Origin: Eledone cirrhosa
Lineage: Eukaryota
Reading direction: 5' to 3'
Assembly: GCA_964016885.1 (NCBI GenBank)
Contig: OZ024741.1
Coordinates: 286,688,001 to 286,752,000, forward strand
Length of the DNA stretch: 64,000 nt
This document shows positions 12,941 through 26,941 of this stretch, piece by piece (within the stretch, counting starts at the first letter, position 1; every line of letters starts with the position of its first letter). The notes beneath the pieces are model-generated. The model did no database searches, was not told the origin of the DNA, and worked only from the letters and a program-made list of their open reading frames with translations. The position numbers and the translations under genes are program-made.

Positions 12941-14515
12941 CAAATTAACAATGAAAATAAAAACAAAGTCAAGTTACTTTATAACTTTATTTTTATTGTT
13001 AATTTGATACCTAATATCTGACTCTGTATCTAAAGAATTAATTCAGCGAAACACAGAACTTCTTTATGGATTTTACAAGAGTATATTGAGTTCTATCCAG
13101 AGGTAGACCAGACTGAAAAAAGAAAAACTATATATGTGTGTGTGTCTGTATATAATATATATATAAATCATATATATATAGATATACATACATTCATACA
13201 TTTACCTATCTATATAGCTATGCATTTATACATTTGTATATATATACATGCATTTATATTTAAGTGTGTAAGGATGTTAACACAATTTGTTTGTTTTTTG
13301 GTAAGGAGAAAACTTTCTCTCCAGATTTTATTACCTAGGGAGATTGAATACCACAGCTCTGGCTGCAAGCTGACCAGGTTCTCAACCTCATCAAACACCA
13401 ACGCCAGCCCGTGTGTATATATGTGTATGTATGTATATGTATACACCCACACCATCTTTCATCACCATTGCTTCTTTTTCTTGTCGTTTCTGTTGTTCTT
13501 GTAACTGTTGTCAAAGTTGAAGTTGTCCTTATTTTCATTTTCTTTTATCTCCTTAGGGAATTCGTTGACAAGCTTCTTTTATTTATTTTTTTCATTCAAA
13601 TGCATTCACATTGGCTGTCTCAGAGACATACAAATATGGCTTATAAAACTTACCTAAGTAAATAGCCTTCCAGTGCCCCCAAGCTCCCCCCCCCCCTGCT
13701 CCAAAACTCACATGATAAATTCAAAAGCAAGCTATTCCATTGGTCAAGCAATTGGAAAACTCATCTTCAAAACCGACGGAGGTCTATTCCAATGAAGCAG
13801 ATGTATTAATACACTCACACAAAGATGTCAGCAATGTGCCTACACATATATAGATTCATACACATGCACACACCTGTGTGTACTTATAGTCTTTTATATA
13901 TCCACATATACATGCACATGTCGAAAAGACTGAGAGCATGGCTGATCTTAGATATGTGGGGAGAAGGGTGGCTATTAGGCATATGAAGATAGAATCGAGG
14001 TAAGCGGAGATGTGTTCGGTGGGGTACTTACAGGAAGAGATGATGGGGCAGCCAGGTGTATTCAGTTTGTGAATTTGAGGAAGGAAGTGAATGGTGAAAG
14101 AGCATAGTGTGCAGACGATGAGGTTAGTGGTGTTAGGAGTGAAGAGGTGATGAGTTGTATGGTCGAGAATACTTGTTGCTGGTATTAAGGGGTGGGATCT
14201 GAGAGCAGGAGGTGGTAGAAGAGGGGGTTATGGAGCTATAGAGGTCAGCGCACCACTTGACCATGGCACCCCCTTTACCTGCTGGTTTAATGACAATGTC
14301 ACAACTTTGGAGGGAGTGGAGGGTGGCGATTTTGGCTCAGGAGATATTGCTTCGCTGGGAGTATTTATAGAAGTTTAACCGATTCACGGCACTATGGCAG
14401 GTGTCAACGAATATGTCCAGGGTGATGAATTGCCTGAGTCTTGGCATCCAATGAGATGGTCGCCAGGCTAGGACCAGCATTTAGTAGAGCAGCACTAATG
14501 AATATATATACATAA

Positions 14516-14548
<33 letters not shown>

Positions 14549-14549
14549 A

Positions 14550-14835
14550 CTGTGGAGGCACGTGCCCTAGTGGTAAGGGTGTTGGACTTACGATCATAAT
14601 GTTGTGGGTTTGATTCCTGGGTTGCATGTTGTGTTCTTGAGCAAAACACTTCATTTCACGTTGCTTCAGTATACTCAGCTGAAAATAAGTACCAGCAATA
14701 GCTGGGGGTTTAACCCTGCGATAGACTGCCATCTTGTCCAGGGGGGAGTCTTGTACTCTCAGTCGCCCCACGCCATGAAACTGGGAAAAACACCAGCTAA
14801 ATGAGCCTTCTGGCTTAAGACAGAGTTTAGACTTT
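14550..14835 (+). mobile_element. tRNA-derived CORE-like SINE
   Basis: tRNA-like head then gtgttcttgagcaaaacactt core; same family as 16648, 17905-18050 and 63120. Confidence 0.75.
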
Positions 14836-15127
14836 AGATATAATAAGTATGGTACAAGGAAAAACAGGAAGTGGTCAAAAGGAGAAATTTATTAAGTGTA
14901 CAATCTTTAACATGTTTCCTTTTGACCACTTCTTCCTGTTTTTACTGGTACCTTACTTCTTATTATAAATACTCTGTGATCTTCTTCTTTGAAATTGTAC
15001 CATAACCTTTTTAACTGGATACACACGATACACTTTGCAAGGAACACTTTGAGAAAAAATATTTGGCAACCAATCTTCCATTCTTATTTTGTTTGTGCAT
15101 TTGATCTACCCAAAAGAAATATATCTT

Positions 15128-15161
<34 letters not shown>

Positions 15162-16472
15162 CGAGGGGGGATCAAAAAGTTCGCGGAATTTTATCGTAGT
15201 AAGAAAAAATAGATTAAAACAATATTAAACATGTCAGAACATTGTCACTGGGTGTTTACCTTGATATTAGTCACTTGCAGTCAGTTATGTGCGGACTATT
15301 GTACAGTACTGACACTCTTTAAAAAACCTCTTTTTGGAACAATGGAAAATAATTATTTTGAGATAAGATTGAATATCAAGTTTCTGGTGAAACTCAAATG
15401 GAAAGGGACACAGATTATGGAGGCTTTAGTTAAAGTTTACAGTACTACTGCTCCAAAGAAAACTGCTGTCTACAAATGGATTCAGCGATTCAAACAAGGG
15501 AGAGACGACCTTGAAGACGACCATCACAGTGGAAGACTAGGAACATCAAAACATGACTAAAACATTGAGGCTGCTCAGACTTTAATTGAAGAAGATCGAA
15601 GAATAACAGTTAATCAGTTAGCTAAGTCCCTAGACATTTCATATGGTTCGGCAAATTCAATTCTGCACGATAATTTGGGACTAAGCAAGCTTTCAGCGCG
15701 ATGGGTCCCAAAAGCGTTGCGCCCTGATCAGCTGATTCTTTGAAGTGATCTGTCTTTGGCGATATTAAACAAAATTGAAGTTGATGAAGAGCATTTCCTG
15801 ACCAGAATCATCACCGGAGATGAAACCTGGATCTACCAGTATGATCCTCAATCTAAACAGCAGTCAAAACAGTGGCTTCCACGTGGATCATCGGGGCCAA
15901 TCAAGTTCAAATCTCAAAAGTCGGATCAAAAAGTGATGGCCACCATTTTCTGGGATTCAGATGGGGTGATACTAATAGATTATCTTGAAGGTCAAAGAAC
16001 TGTGACAGGAGCTTACTATGCAAATGTTTTAAGGAAGCTGAAAGAGGCATTAGTCAAGAAACGAAAAGGGAAACTTCATGGTGGGATCTTGTTTGACCAT
16101 GACAATGCACCAGTGCATTCTGCGTGGGTTGCAAAAGAAGTTCTTCGAGAATTTCGATGGGAAGTGCTTCCTCACCCGCCTTATAGTCCAGATTTAGCCC
16201 TATCAGACTTTTTCCTCTTTCCAAAACTCAAAGAAATGCTAAAAGGAACCCGTTTTAGTGGTGTTTAAGAAGCTAAAAACACTGCCAACACATGACTTCG
16301 AACAAGGCCTTCAACTTTCTTTAGAGAGGGCTTACGAAGCTGGAAGCATCGCCTTGTCAAGTGTATTGACCTGGATGGCAACTATGTAGAAAAATAAATT
16401 GAAGGCAAATCATATTTTTTGAAAAATAGAATATTTTCTGAAAAATTCCGCGAACTTTTTGATCCCCCCTCG
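15162..16472 (+). mobile_element. Mariner (DD34D) transposon, full length, transposase disrupted by stops
   Basis: TIRs cgagggggg-atcaaaaagttcgcggaattt in a (TA)n site; motifs WVPK, TGDETW, HDNAP, HPPYSPDLA-SDF; frame 15342-16397 with internal stops. Confidence 0.95.
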
Positions 16473-16504
<32 letters not shown>

Positions 16505-16613
16505 TAGAAGGGATATTAAATTTGTTGGAAACCAATGTGTCTTGGTACTCTTGAAACATATATAATAAAATAAATATGGTTTTATAAATATAGTTTCCAT
16601 TTATTTAATATCA

Positions 16614-16647
<34 letters not shown>

Positions 16648-16650
<3 letters not shown>

Positions 16651-17019
16651 TTAGTGGTTAGAGCAGTGGGCTTGCAATCGAAAGGTTTTTGAGTTCAATT
16701 CTCAGACCGGGTGATGTGTTGTTTCCTTGAGCAAGACACTTTATTTCACATTGCTCCAGTTTACTCAGCTGTAGAAATGAGATGATAGGACTGGGGTTCC
16801 TATCATTCCACTGCAAAGTGGTCGTGGAGGTGCCATGGCAAAAAAAGCACCCAGCCCTCACTGTAAAGTGGACGTGTAGGTGCCACGGAAAAGAGCACCC
16901 ATCACTCACTGTAAATGAGGTTGGTGTTAGGAAGGGCATCCAGCTGTAGAAATCAAGCCAGAATCAGTTCCCGTCCCACCCTTGCAAGCAGGGAAAAGCG
17001 GATGTAAAATGATGATGAT
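16648..17019 (+). mobile_element. CORE-like SINE carrying the RTE-BovB-like 3' tail
   Basis: tRNA head + ccttgagcaagacact core + tail matching the reverse complement of 7600-7740; ends (ATG)n. Confidence 0.85.
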
Positions 17020-17303
17020 ATAGTTTAAAAGGGGGTAAAGTTCTATACAAATCAAAGGTTATAGAAAAAAAGTAAGGGAATCAGCATGGAAGTATATCTA
17101 AAGGATATATATAAGTGTGTGTATGTATCTCTATATATACACACACATGTATAGAAATCTTCTTAAAGCAACATTGAACTGTTAAACGCCACTACTACCA
17201 CCTACATAGTGTGTATATATATATATATATAAAGTATTTCACTTAAGTGATTAAAGAAGAAAAAAAGATTCTTTAAATATACTTCCATGCTGTTTCCATT
17301 CTT

Positions 17304-17338
<35 letters not shown>

Positions 17339-17712
17339 GTTTTACCTATCTCTATACCCACTCTGCATCTCTCATGCAGGAGTGACCTAATCATAGGAGT
17401 ACTCAATGCATATATTTGAATAGTAAATAATATGGTTCAATAATCCATACTAAAGAACCGACTCAACTTCAATGTAATATAGAAATATTACTATGTAACT
17501 ACCTGCTTTACAGAAAATGTTTATTGAAAGCATGAGAGCTCAATGTAAAATCAGTAGCTTGTATGGAAAAAAACATATCAAGCTAACTGAAAACACCTTT
17601 AATACTTGACACAAACAACATATTTGTCCTGGGTATGACATTAAACTACATCCAGTGGCAAGGCTCCAGTTCAGGAGTTCAGGAGCTGTGGGGAATGTGG
17701 AGTTATCCCTTC

Positions 17713-18056
17713 ATCATCATCATCATCATCATCATCATTTCATTTTACGTCCGCTTTTTCCCTGCTTGCAAGGGTGGGACGGGAACTGATGCTGGCTTGA
17801 TTTCTACAGCTGGATGCCCTTCCTAACACCAACCTCATTTACAGTGGTGCTTTTTTGCCGTGGCACCTCCACAACCAGTTTGCAGTGGAATGATAGGGAC
17901 TGGGGTCACTATCATCTCATTTCTACAGCTGAGTAAACTGGAGCAATGTGAAATAAAGTGTCTTGCTCAAGGAAACAACACATCACCCGGTCTGAGAATT
18001 GAACTCACAACCTTTCGATTGCAAGGCCAATGCTCTAACCACTAAGCCATATGCCA
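17713..18056 (-). mobile_element. Second copy of the same SINE, inverted relative to 16648-17019
   Basis: Near-identical reverse complement of 16648-17019. Confidence 0.85.
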
Positions 18057-18089
18057 TATGCCTTAGTTGTCATAACTCCATGGTCAGCT

Positions 18090-19107
18090 CTGGCCCCATT
18101 TATGAGTTAAATAATTACCTTATTCGAGTGGCGGCGGTAAGGTATTATCAGCCACTGAAAAGAACCGTGGATAGTCGATTTAACAGCGCTAGGGTTAGAG
18201 CCCCTAACTACACTGTCAAGGAGCAACCTAGTCGTTATGATTCTGCTGACTTAGAGCCACAGGGAGGGCCAGTGGATGATGGATTAGCTGCCTCTGAGAC
18301 AAATATAAAGAGTTCAGTTTTGTCCTGCAGAAGAGCCATTAAGATGGGCACTCTGAATGTGAGGACTATTCGGACGCTGGAGAAGCGAGAGGAATCGGGA
18401 CATCTGTTCGAGGAGAGTGGTATTCAGATACTTGCGATCCAAGAACACAGGATCCTACCCGATGAGCCCGTGAAGAGTGTGATGATTGGGAAGAGGAGCC
18501 AGCTCATTATCATATCAGCAGTGAAGAACATGACCAATGCTGCAGGAGTGGGTTTTGTTTTCAGTGCAAAAGCCAATATATATGTGAGGGAAATAATACC
18601 TGTCTCCCCGCGAGTGTTGAGGGTGACCTTCAATGGAAACCTAAGACTGACAGTCATCTCAGTCCAACCGAGGGAGACAGTGATGTGAGTGCAGAAGAGT
18701 TCCATGAGGTGTGTAGAGCTGTCAACACCACACAAGCTCACAACATCCTGCTTGTTCTGGACATCTGAGTAAGGAGAGCAATGAAGATCCTTGCTGGTAC
18801 TTCCATAACAACACCAACCGAGATGGAAGACTACTGAGAGACACCCTGCTGGAGCCGAACTTGATGGCAACTAACCTAAGGTTTAGGAAGAATCTGGGGA
18901 AGATGTGGACCTACATCTCAGATATGCACCTATCCAAGTCCCAGATTGATTTCATTCTGGTGAGGAAAAAGTGGTGGAATAGTGTTCTGAACACAGAACC
19001 ATACAACTATTTCAGTACACTGTGCAGTGATCATTGGCTTGTTATGAGTGAGGTCCGGGTGAGTTTAAGAAAGAGCAAGGCTCAGCCCCGGAGAGCAATC
19101 TATGACT
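18090..19107 (+). mobile_element. RTE-clade LINE, 5' part (5' UTR + APE endonuclease), decayed
   Basis: IKMGTLNVRTI, ILAIQEHR, GVGFV, SQIDFILVRKKW, SDH motifs; 5' boundary approximate. Confidence 0.85.
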
Positions 19108-22100
19108 ATTTCGGATAGTATTGACCTGCGCTGCTTCGCTGGTAAGTTTTTTGTTAATTTTGCAGGCAAAAAACCGAAATTTTTTGTTGAAAAATATATT
19201 GTTTTGTAGTTTACAGAACACACAACAAAAACCATAGATAATGAGACAATTTCCACAACTATAAACCAAAAAAGTGACAACCACAACAACAACAACAAAA
19301 GAAAATAAAAATCTCCAATATACCACCAAATATCAATATTTGGTGGATTTTGGCAGGATTTTTAAGGAGGGAGAGGACACCATCCTCTCCATCAAAAAAT
19401 CAACCAGACACACGTGGGCTGGTACAAATTTGGAAGTTTTGGTACAGATGAGGCCGGAGAGAATCTCCAAGATTCCGGAGAGGGTACTAGTGGACAACAG
19501 CCACATCAACATTTCTACTGAAGGAAAGAGGCCACACTGCTTTTGATGTTCCAGCACATCGCATTTCAAGACCTACTGCCCTTAACTAAAAAAAAAAAAA
19601 AATACTCTTACCAACACTAACACCAAAACAACCACAAACAAACACACCATCACCACACAAGATACCCCTCCCACACGCCCCTGATGACGATTCATCATCA
19701 GACGAGGCTACTTCTCCATCCCCAAGCGAGGATGGAGAGCCTCAGAAATCAAAAAAGCAAACACCGCAAAGCCAGAAAAACACCAATCACCAACACAAAC
19801 ACACAACCACCGACACAAATACCACAATCACCTCCCCCCCACCACCACCACCACCAGCAAAACAAACACCAACACCACTCCAAACACAAACACCCACCAT
19901 AAAAAGAAAACTCCCAGATGAACAACAAACAAAAACACAAACAGCAGTATGCTTACATCAACACCAACAACAAAAACCTGATGGAGGTCATCTCCAAAGA
20001 CTCCAAAGTGGAGACCAAGGGGAAAAGTTTCGTGAAATCAGGATCAGCACCACACCTGAAAATGATAAGGGTTCCTATGGAAACTTATAACAAACTGAAA
20101 AATGAATTTTCGCAGGACGTCGGAAACCCCTTCCAAAAACCCATAAACTGCATCCTATTAAAATGTTTCTCCACACCACCCAAATGGAGATTGAACAACC
20201 CGATCTCCAGGAAACGAAAAGGTAAGAGCATCTTTTCGTCCTTTTCGCCAACTCTTCTCCACCAACATGGCTAATTTACAAGTTGAAAGTGTGAATGTGC
20301 ATGGCCTTGGGATGCCTTGGAAACGGCCAACTCTTAAATGACCTTAGGTCACACAGTATGGATGTGATAGCCATCAGCGAGTCCAGGATCCACAAGCAGC
20401 AAGTAACCCCCATCTTTAATGACTTTAGGTCTACGCATCTCTCTGTCAGCCAGGAGGTGGAGGGAGAGTGGCTATTATGTTTCGGAAAAACCTGGACCTC
20501 GAAATACAGCAAATACTTTTGGACTCGGAGGGTAGACTGGTAGTCCTAGATGTGAACAGTGTTGGAGGTGGAGCCTTCAGACTGGTGGCCATTTATGTCC
20601 TGACTGGGACATCGCGGCCAGTTTTCTTTAAGCATCTAGTCTTTTCTAGGAACGTCTCGCTCCTTGCTTTTAGTGGGGGATTGGAATGGTATCCAAGACG
20701 CATGTTGGGACTATGTAGGAACATGTCCCAGTAGGGGGGGGCAACAGCCTCAAAAATTTAATCGGCCAATTCCAACTGGCCGATAGGTATCGACTAGATT
20801 TCCCAACTGCACCATAGTGGACGTGGACAAATCGCAGCGGGACATCTAGATCGTATTTAGATAGGTTCTTTATTAGAGAGTGAGACAGGAAAATGTTAAG
20901 CTGTTCACAAATGTACATGGTTGCCTATTCAGACCACAAACTACTCACCTGCATAGTCAACCATGATAGAACGCATAAACAAGGACCCGGATACTGGAAG
21001 CTGAACATGTCGTTACCGACGCATAAAGCCTACAGTAGACGGATAAGTAGTTTAGTTAAGCAACAGTTGACGGGAGCCATCGTCAACAATAGGTGGTGGT
21101 ACTCTCTCAAGAGAGCAATTAGAGTAGGGTCCATAGCTTTTAGCAAAGAACTAGCCTTAGAGAAAGACAAAACAGAAAGAGAACTAGTAGCCAAGGTAGA
21201 GGAGGCGCTTAGGAGTGGCAACGCAGCTAGAGTGCTAGCAACGAGAACGGCACTAGACCAGTTCTTCGATGCAAAACATGAAGGCTGTGTGGTCAGTAGA
21301 TCACATGCTCTAGAAAACAAGGGAGCAAAAGCTGTTAGCTGGGCTCGAGTGACAGAGGCGAAAAGTGGCAACAAGTCCACGATTCGGTCTTTGAAAGACC
21401 AAAACGGATGCATGCTACTTGACTCCAAGCAGATGTGCATGGCCTTTCAGCAGCACTTTGTGCACTGTTTGAGCAGAGCGGTGCGCCGAACGAGGCAATG
21501 GACTTTGGTTCATACCTTGACGGCTTGCCACGTCTCTCGGGCATGGATGCCGAGTTCTGCGAAAGACCGATCACAGCCACTGAGATACTGGACGCTTTGG
21601 GCCGCTGCAGGAAACGCAAATCACCCGGTCTAGATGGTCTACCCTATGAATTTTACATAGGCATGCCGGACTTGTTCTCTGGCGTCCTCGAAGCGGTCTA
21701 CTGCAACTGGCAGCAGAATGGGAGAATTCCCAGTTCTGTAGGCAGTGGCGTAGTAATGCTGATCAGGAAAGAAGAGAAGGGGGACGAAATAAGCAACTTC
21801 AGGCCCATAACTCTCCTAAACACAGAGTTAAAGATTTTGGCCAAGGTGGTAGCAACGAGGCTGGCGCTTGTCGTCGAGAACCTGGTGGGAAAAGCTCAAA
21901 TGTGTGCAATTCCAACCAGGTCCATACACAACAACCTCCACCTCATGCGATACATCATAGAGAGTCTAAGGCGTTCGATAGGTCGACCATCTATACTTGG
22001 AAGCGGTTTTCAAGGCGGCCAGTTTCGGACCCGTCTTCAGGGGCTGGAGCACTGCCATGCACACCAACATCTGCTCAACAGTCAAGGTGAACGGCTACCT

Positions 22101-23795
22101 ATCGGAGCCGTTCCCAATCACGCGTTCCATCCGATAGGGATGCCCTCTCTCCTCCATTCTGTACGTATTGACCCTAGAGTCACCACTGTGGAAGTTGAAA
22201 CTTTTGCAGAGCAACCGGGACTGCGGAAAGCGGCATCGGTTTATGCCAACGACGTGACAGTAATGGTGTCTAAAACCTCAGAAATCGGGGCGATCGGCAA
22301 CTTACTGCAGGAATCCGAAAGGCTTACAGGAGCAAAACTCAACCTGGACAAATCTGTCGATTTACAACTCGGAACATGGAGAGGCAAACCGATGCCGTCC
22401 GACAGCGATGTCAGACACTGGACGGAAGGACCGGTGAAATTGCTCGGGGTCTGGACCACCAGGTGGAGAAAAACTGGAACAAGGTCACGGCCAAGGTATT
22501 TGCACTCACCCAGAGTGCAAACTATCCTTGAAAGGTCGAGCGGAGGTGGGGAATACTTTTATAGTGTTCGTCATCTACTACCGCTTGACCGTCGTGCCTT
22601 GTCCCCGTGAATACCTCACCAAGATGGAACACATGCTCTTCCAATTCCTTTGGAAGAAGCTCCACTGGTGAGGAGATCCATCTGAGGCCAGCACCCTTCG
22701 AACAGAGGGCTGGGAATGCCGTGGCTGATGATGCGCAAACACGCTCTGAGGCTACGGCATCTCCAGGTATTCCTCACCGACCAACCGGTGTGGGCTCCGT
22801 TTGTGAGACAAGCCTTCCCGCAACTTGTCTCGCTGATGGTGCTGCAGTCCTGGGTCAAGCGGAGACCGAAGAAAATGGGCGCCTGGCATATTGAATGCGC
22901 TCAAGCGCTCACAGTCCTCTGTCAAGCAGGCACAGCAATCAGTGGCGACTCCACTTCGACATTCTATAGAGGGATAATACGTTACAAGTGCGACGACGTG
23001 CTCGGAGAGACTCTGGGCGTCGAGACGAGCTCACCTGTCTATTTGGTAGGACTTTCCGTCCGGGACCTATGGACAACTTCCAAAAGTCCCTGGCCTGGCT
23101 CTACCAGTACGAGACAAGATTTACAGTAACGGGCGCCCCAGCAGGGATCCTTCCAAGAGGACATGTCCAAGATGCGAGCAGGACATTGAAACTATCCTAC
23201 ACGCAATTGTACACTGCCCGGGTGTAACCAACCTGTGGAACTACGCGGAACAACTGCTGTTGTGTATGGGACAAATCCAGTTGACTGCCAAGTCCATAGT
23301 AAGGGTCAAACCGCCAACTTCTTCCAAAAACGAAAGAGAGGCGGTTTTCTTCTGTATAGTGGCTATGGTAAAAGAGGTTATATGGTGGACGAGATTGAGA
23401 GGACTGAGGACAGATGCCTCTCTCTCTCCGGACAACTTATTCCCTTCTTTAGTTACCACTTTAGAAGGAGAATCAGAGTGGAGATAGGTACTGCAACCCA
23501 GTAAGTTTACTGAAAGGTGGGTGAATGTGGCAAAAATGGCTCGTGTGATTGGGCCTTCTCTGTATATAAACCTGTAGGTTGAAGAAGAGAGCACTTGCAC
23601 AATGCTCCTGGAGTTGAGGGTTGTTCTATCTACGGGGTATAAACAACCCATTTGTAACACCTCCCCCCTATTGGGAATTTCGATTGTTGAATTTGTTTGT
23701 TAAATTTTTTTTTACATGATTGTATGTAAAATCCCCGGCATATGTCCTTGTATTGTCTCCTTTTCTTGTGCACCCTTGTGGCAAATAAAGAAATA
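19108..23795 (+). mobile_element. Tx1/L1-like LINE (ORF1 with CCHC knuckle; ORF2 APE-RT), decayed, nested in the RTE
   Basis: 11-bp TSD aatctatgact at 19097-19107 and 23796-23806; ORF1 CF*CSSTSHFKTYCP; ORF2 from ~20267 with SDHK, GYWKLN, KSPGLDGLPYEFY, NFRPITLLN; A-rich tail. Confidence 0.9.
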
Positions 23796-25100
23796 AATCT
23801 ATGACTGGGGAGCTTTCAAGGAAGATGATAAGCTACAAGAGAGGTTCACAGTAGAAGTGATGAACAGGTTCAGTGCTCTGTGTGGAGAGGCAGAGGAGGG
23901 TGTCACTAGGAGGTACGGGTACTTCACCAATGCAGTGGCGGAAGCAAGTGAGACCCTAGTGCTGAGGAGAAAGAACAAGAGGAAGCACGTCAGCTCTGCC
24001 GACCCAAAAGTGTGTGCAGCCAGAGAACACCTGAATGCTGCCAAGGACCAATTCTATGCTGATCCTATGGAGGTGATGAGGGAAGAACTCTGTACCGCTT
24101 ACATTGAGGCCAGAGAAGAGGCACGGATAGAGAGGGCGGTTGACAGGTCTGGATGTAAGGAAAGCTGGATGATCATCAGTGAGATCACAGGGAAGAAGAG
24201 AAGGTGTTCGAGTCAGATCCAGGGAACAGAGCTCAAGGATAGGAAGAGGAAATGGCTGGACCATTTTAGGACCCTACTAGGAGAGCCGCCCTCCACAGCC
24301 CAGAACACTGGGGAGATCAGGCGGCTCTTTGAGGAACTGGATATTGAGACAGGACCCTTCACCAGAGAAGAGTTTCAGAGCCAAGAAGATCAAGGAGGGC
24401 AAGATGGAGTGGTATCAGAGGTGATGAAGAGGTGTGATTTTGATATCATCCTGGAGTTCTGTAACCAGGCACTGGAGAAAGGAGTTGCCCCAAATCAGTG
24501 GAGGATCAGTAACATCATCCCAGTGCCCAAGAAGGGAGATGTCTCTAACACCAACAACTACAGGGGGATCTCACTGACGTCACTTGTGGCAAAGACCCTC
24601 AACAGGATGATTCTTAACAGGATCCAGCCCGAGATGGAGAAGAAGCTCAGGAACAACCAGAACGGCTTCAGAGAGGGAAGCTCAACCACCAGTCACATCC
24701 TGATGCTGAGGAGGATATTAGAAGGAGCTAGAGAAAAGTGACTTCCTGCGGTCATGGTTTTCATTGACGTTAGAGAGGCCTTTGATTCTGTGGACCATCA
24801 CTGCCTGATGAAGATCTTACAGGATTATGGAATCCCCAAGAAGATAGCGGATCTGATATCACTGTTCTACACCAACACCCAAGTCATTACACTTGATGGG
24901 ATGAGAGTTCTTTGAGATACTGGCTGGAGTGCTCCAGGGAGATACATTGGCTTCCTACCTTTTTATCATTGCAGTGGATTATTGTATGCGCCTTGCGCTG
25001 GAGAAACACCAGGATTCTGGCATTACTGTAACACCGGCTCAGAGCAGGCGAAAAAGATATTGGATGCTGAATTTGCAGACGACATAGTTCTGGTGACAAA
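23796..25100 (+). mobile_element. RTE-clade LINE continuation (RT), decayed
   Basis: Resumes after the TSD; IIPVPKKGD, NYRGISL, NQNGFR, AFDSVD, GVLQGD, FADD-like motifs. Confidence 0.85.
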
Positions 25101-25853
25101 CAGAGAGATAAGACGAAGTATCTGGTAGAGAATATTACCAATGTAGGCGGGAAACCGCTAGAATTGGTTAAGCAGAGCCTCTGACCTCCAGGTGGGCAGG
25201 GGACCCCACATTCTACCACATGCATTTTATAGAGGCACCAACACCAGGCTGGTTGTCATGTCATTGACATATCTGAAGAGTCTTCCTGACGTCTAGTTTG
25301 GCAAGTTTTCTATGACTGGATGCCCTTCCAATCACCAACCACTTTACAGAGTGGTATGTGTATACATATGAAAAATGAAAGTGAATCAGCATTTCATGTG
25401 AAGGAGGGAAAAAAATAATTAAGAATAAAACTGAAACAGCTTAAGTTCTACTTATATATTCAAATCACTACCGGAAAACTGGTATAGAAAAATCTGGAAA
25501 AACAGTGCATGACTAAAACTTCTCACCAGTTACTGAGATGACTGTATCATGACCATAGCTTAAAACATTCATAGTGAGACTGTTGTATGTTTGGATCTGC
25601 AGTATCGGTAGAGTGTCAGACACCATGCTTTCCAGCAAAGAGTTATATCCCTTTTTGGTCTAAATCCCACCGAGGTTAACTTTGCCTTTCATCTTTACGG
25701 GGTCGATAAAATAAAGTACTAGTAATGCACTGGGATAATTGCTGGTCTTGTGCCAAATGTAGACACAATTATATATAAACATATAGTATATGCATATTTG
25801 AAAACAAATATTTATTGGATGGTTTTGATGGCATGAAGTTGTATAATTTTATA

Positions 25854-26180
25854 TACTCTTCTCAGGTCGTGAATAATGCCACCCACCCCAACCCGCTCAT
25901 AAATTTTTCAGATTTTTTTTCCAACCCCGCCACCCCACTTATTAAATTTTGCTAATCTATATCAGGCGAAATGTTGTAAGTGATTCATATTGATACAGCA
26001 GCTGGAGAATCTAATAATTTTATTTTACATTAAAAAACATTATATATGACAAAAAAGAACATTACAGGAAATCCCATATTCACGAACCTAACTAAACAAT
26101 GACCCCCCCCCCCCACACACACACACAAAAGAATTTGATCAAATGTCCCCACCACTCTATTATTTGGGACCCGAGCGTAT
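25854..26180. mobile_element. TA-flanked MITE-like DNA element
   Basis: Left ctcaggtcgtgaataa, right ttatttgggacccgagcgta; related partial copy at 56540-56736. Confidence 0.45.
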
Positions 26181-26184
26181 CTAT

Positions 26185-26540
26185 ATTACCGAAAGAATAC
26201 GATCGCGAATACAAGCGGCCGAAATGGGATTCCTCCGAAGGTTCTTTGGAGTAACGTTACTCGATAAAGTGTGTAACTCGGAGATCTGAGTCACTTTAAA
26301 CAGAATCGCTACTTCTGCGAATTGGAAGATCACAGCTCCGATGTTATGGACATGTGGTTAGAATGTCAGAGGAAATATTCGCTGGACGTATTTTACGGGC
26401 AAAACCAACCGAGAAGAGACCCCGAGCAAGATGGTTGGATAATATCCATGAACTTGGCTGGTCACGCTTGGGGATCCAGCCAGATAGTTGGAGACAATTA
26501 CTTCGGACAGGACGCTCTCAGGAAGAAGATGATGATGATT
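26185..26540 (+). mobile_element. RTE-type LINE 3' fragment
   Basis: RSRIQAAEMGFLRR, GHVVRM, RPRARWLD motifs; (GAT)n tail. Confidence 0.75.
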
Positions 26541-26941
26541 TACACTGACAAATATATTTGATCAGTCGTAAATTACATCAAGTACAATTTTTCAGCATCT
26601 TCCTACGTCTCACAATGTAAATTAATAAACACAGCGACAGCAAATACTAGGATCGTTGGAATACCTAGACATTATAGGTCTGCCCGATCAAGAAAGGGAG
26701 GAAGCAGTAACGCAGTATTAATGGTGGGGCATTTAACCTCTACCTTTGACAATATAGGCATAGGTCTGCTACATCAAGTTAGCTTTACTTTAAGATGAAT
26801 AAAGGCTTAAACCAGTCGCTGCTTTAATAAAAAAAATTTTTGTCGTTGTAAGCAGCATTAATGTGATTTTTAAAAATTATATTTGCTGCGAAAATATAAT
26901 ACGGTGTAATCAACAAATATCTTCTTTTTTTTTTTTTGTGA

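Noticed and set aside
15342-16397. Domesticated SETMAR-like transposase
   Set aside because: Several in-frame stops, intact TIRs and no SET-domain exons
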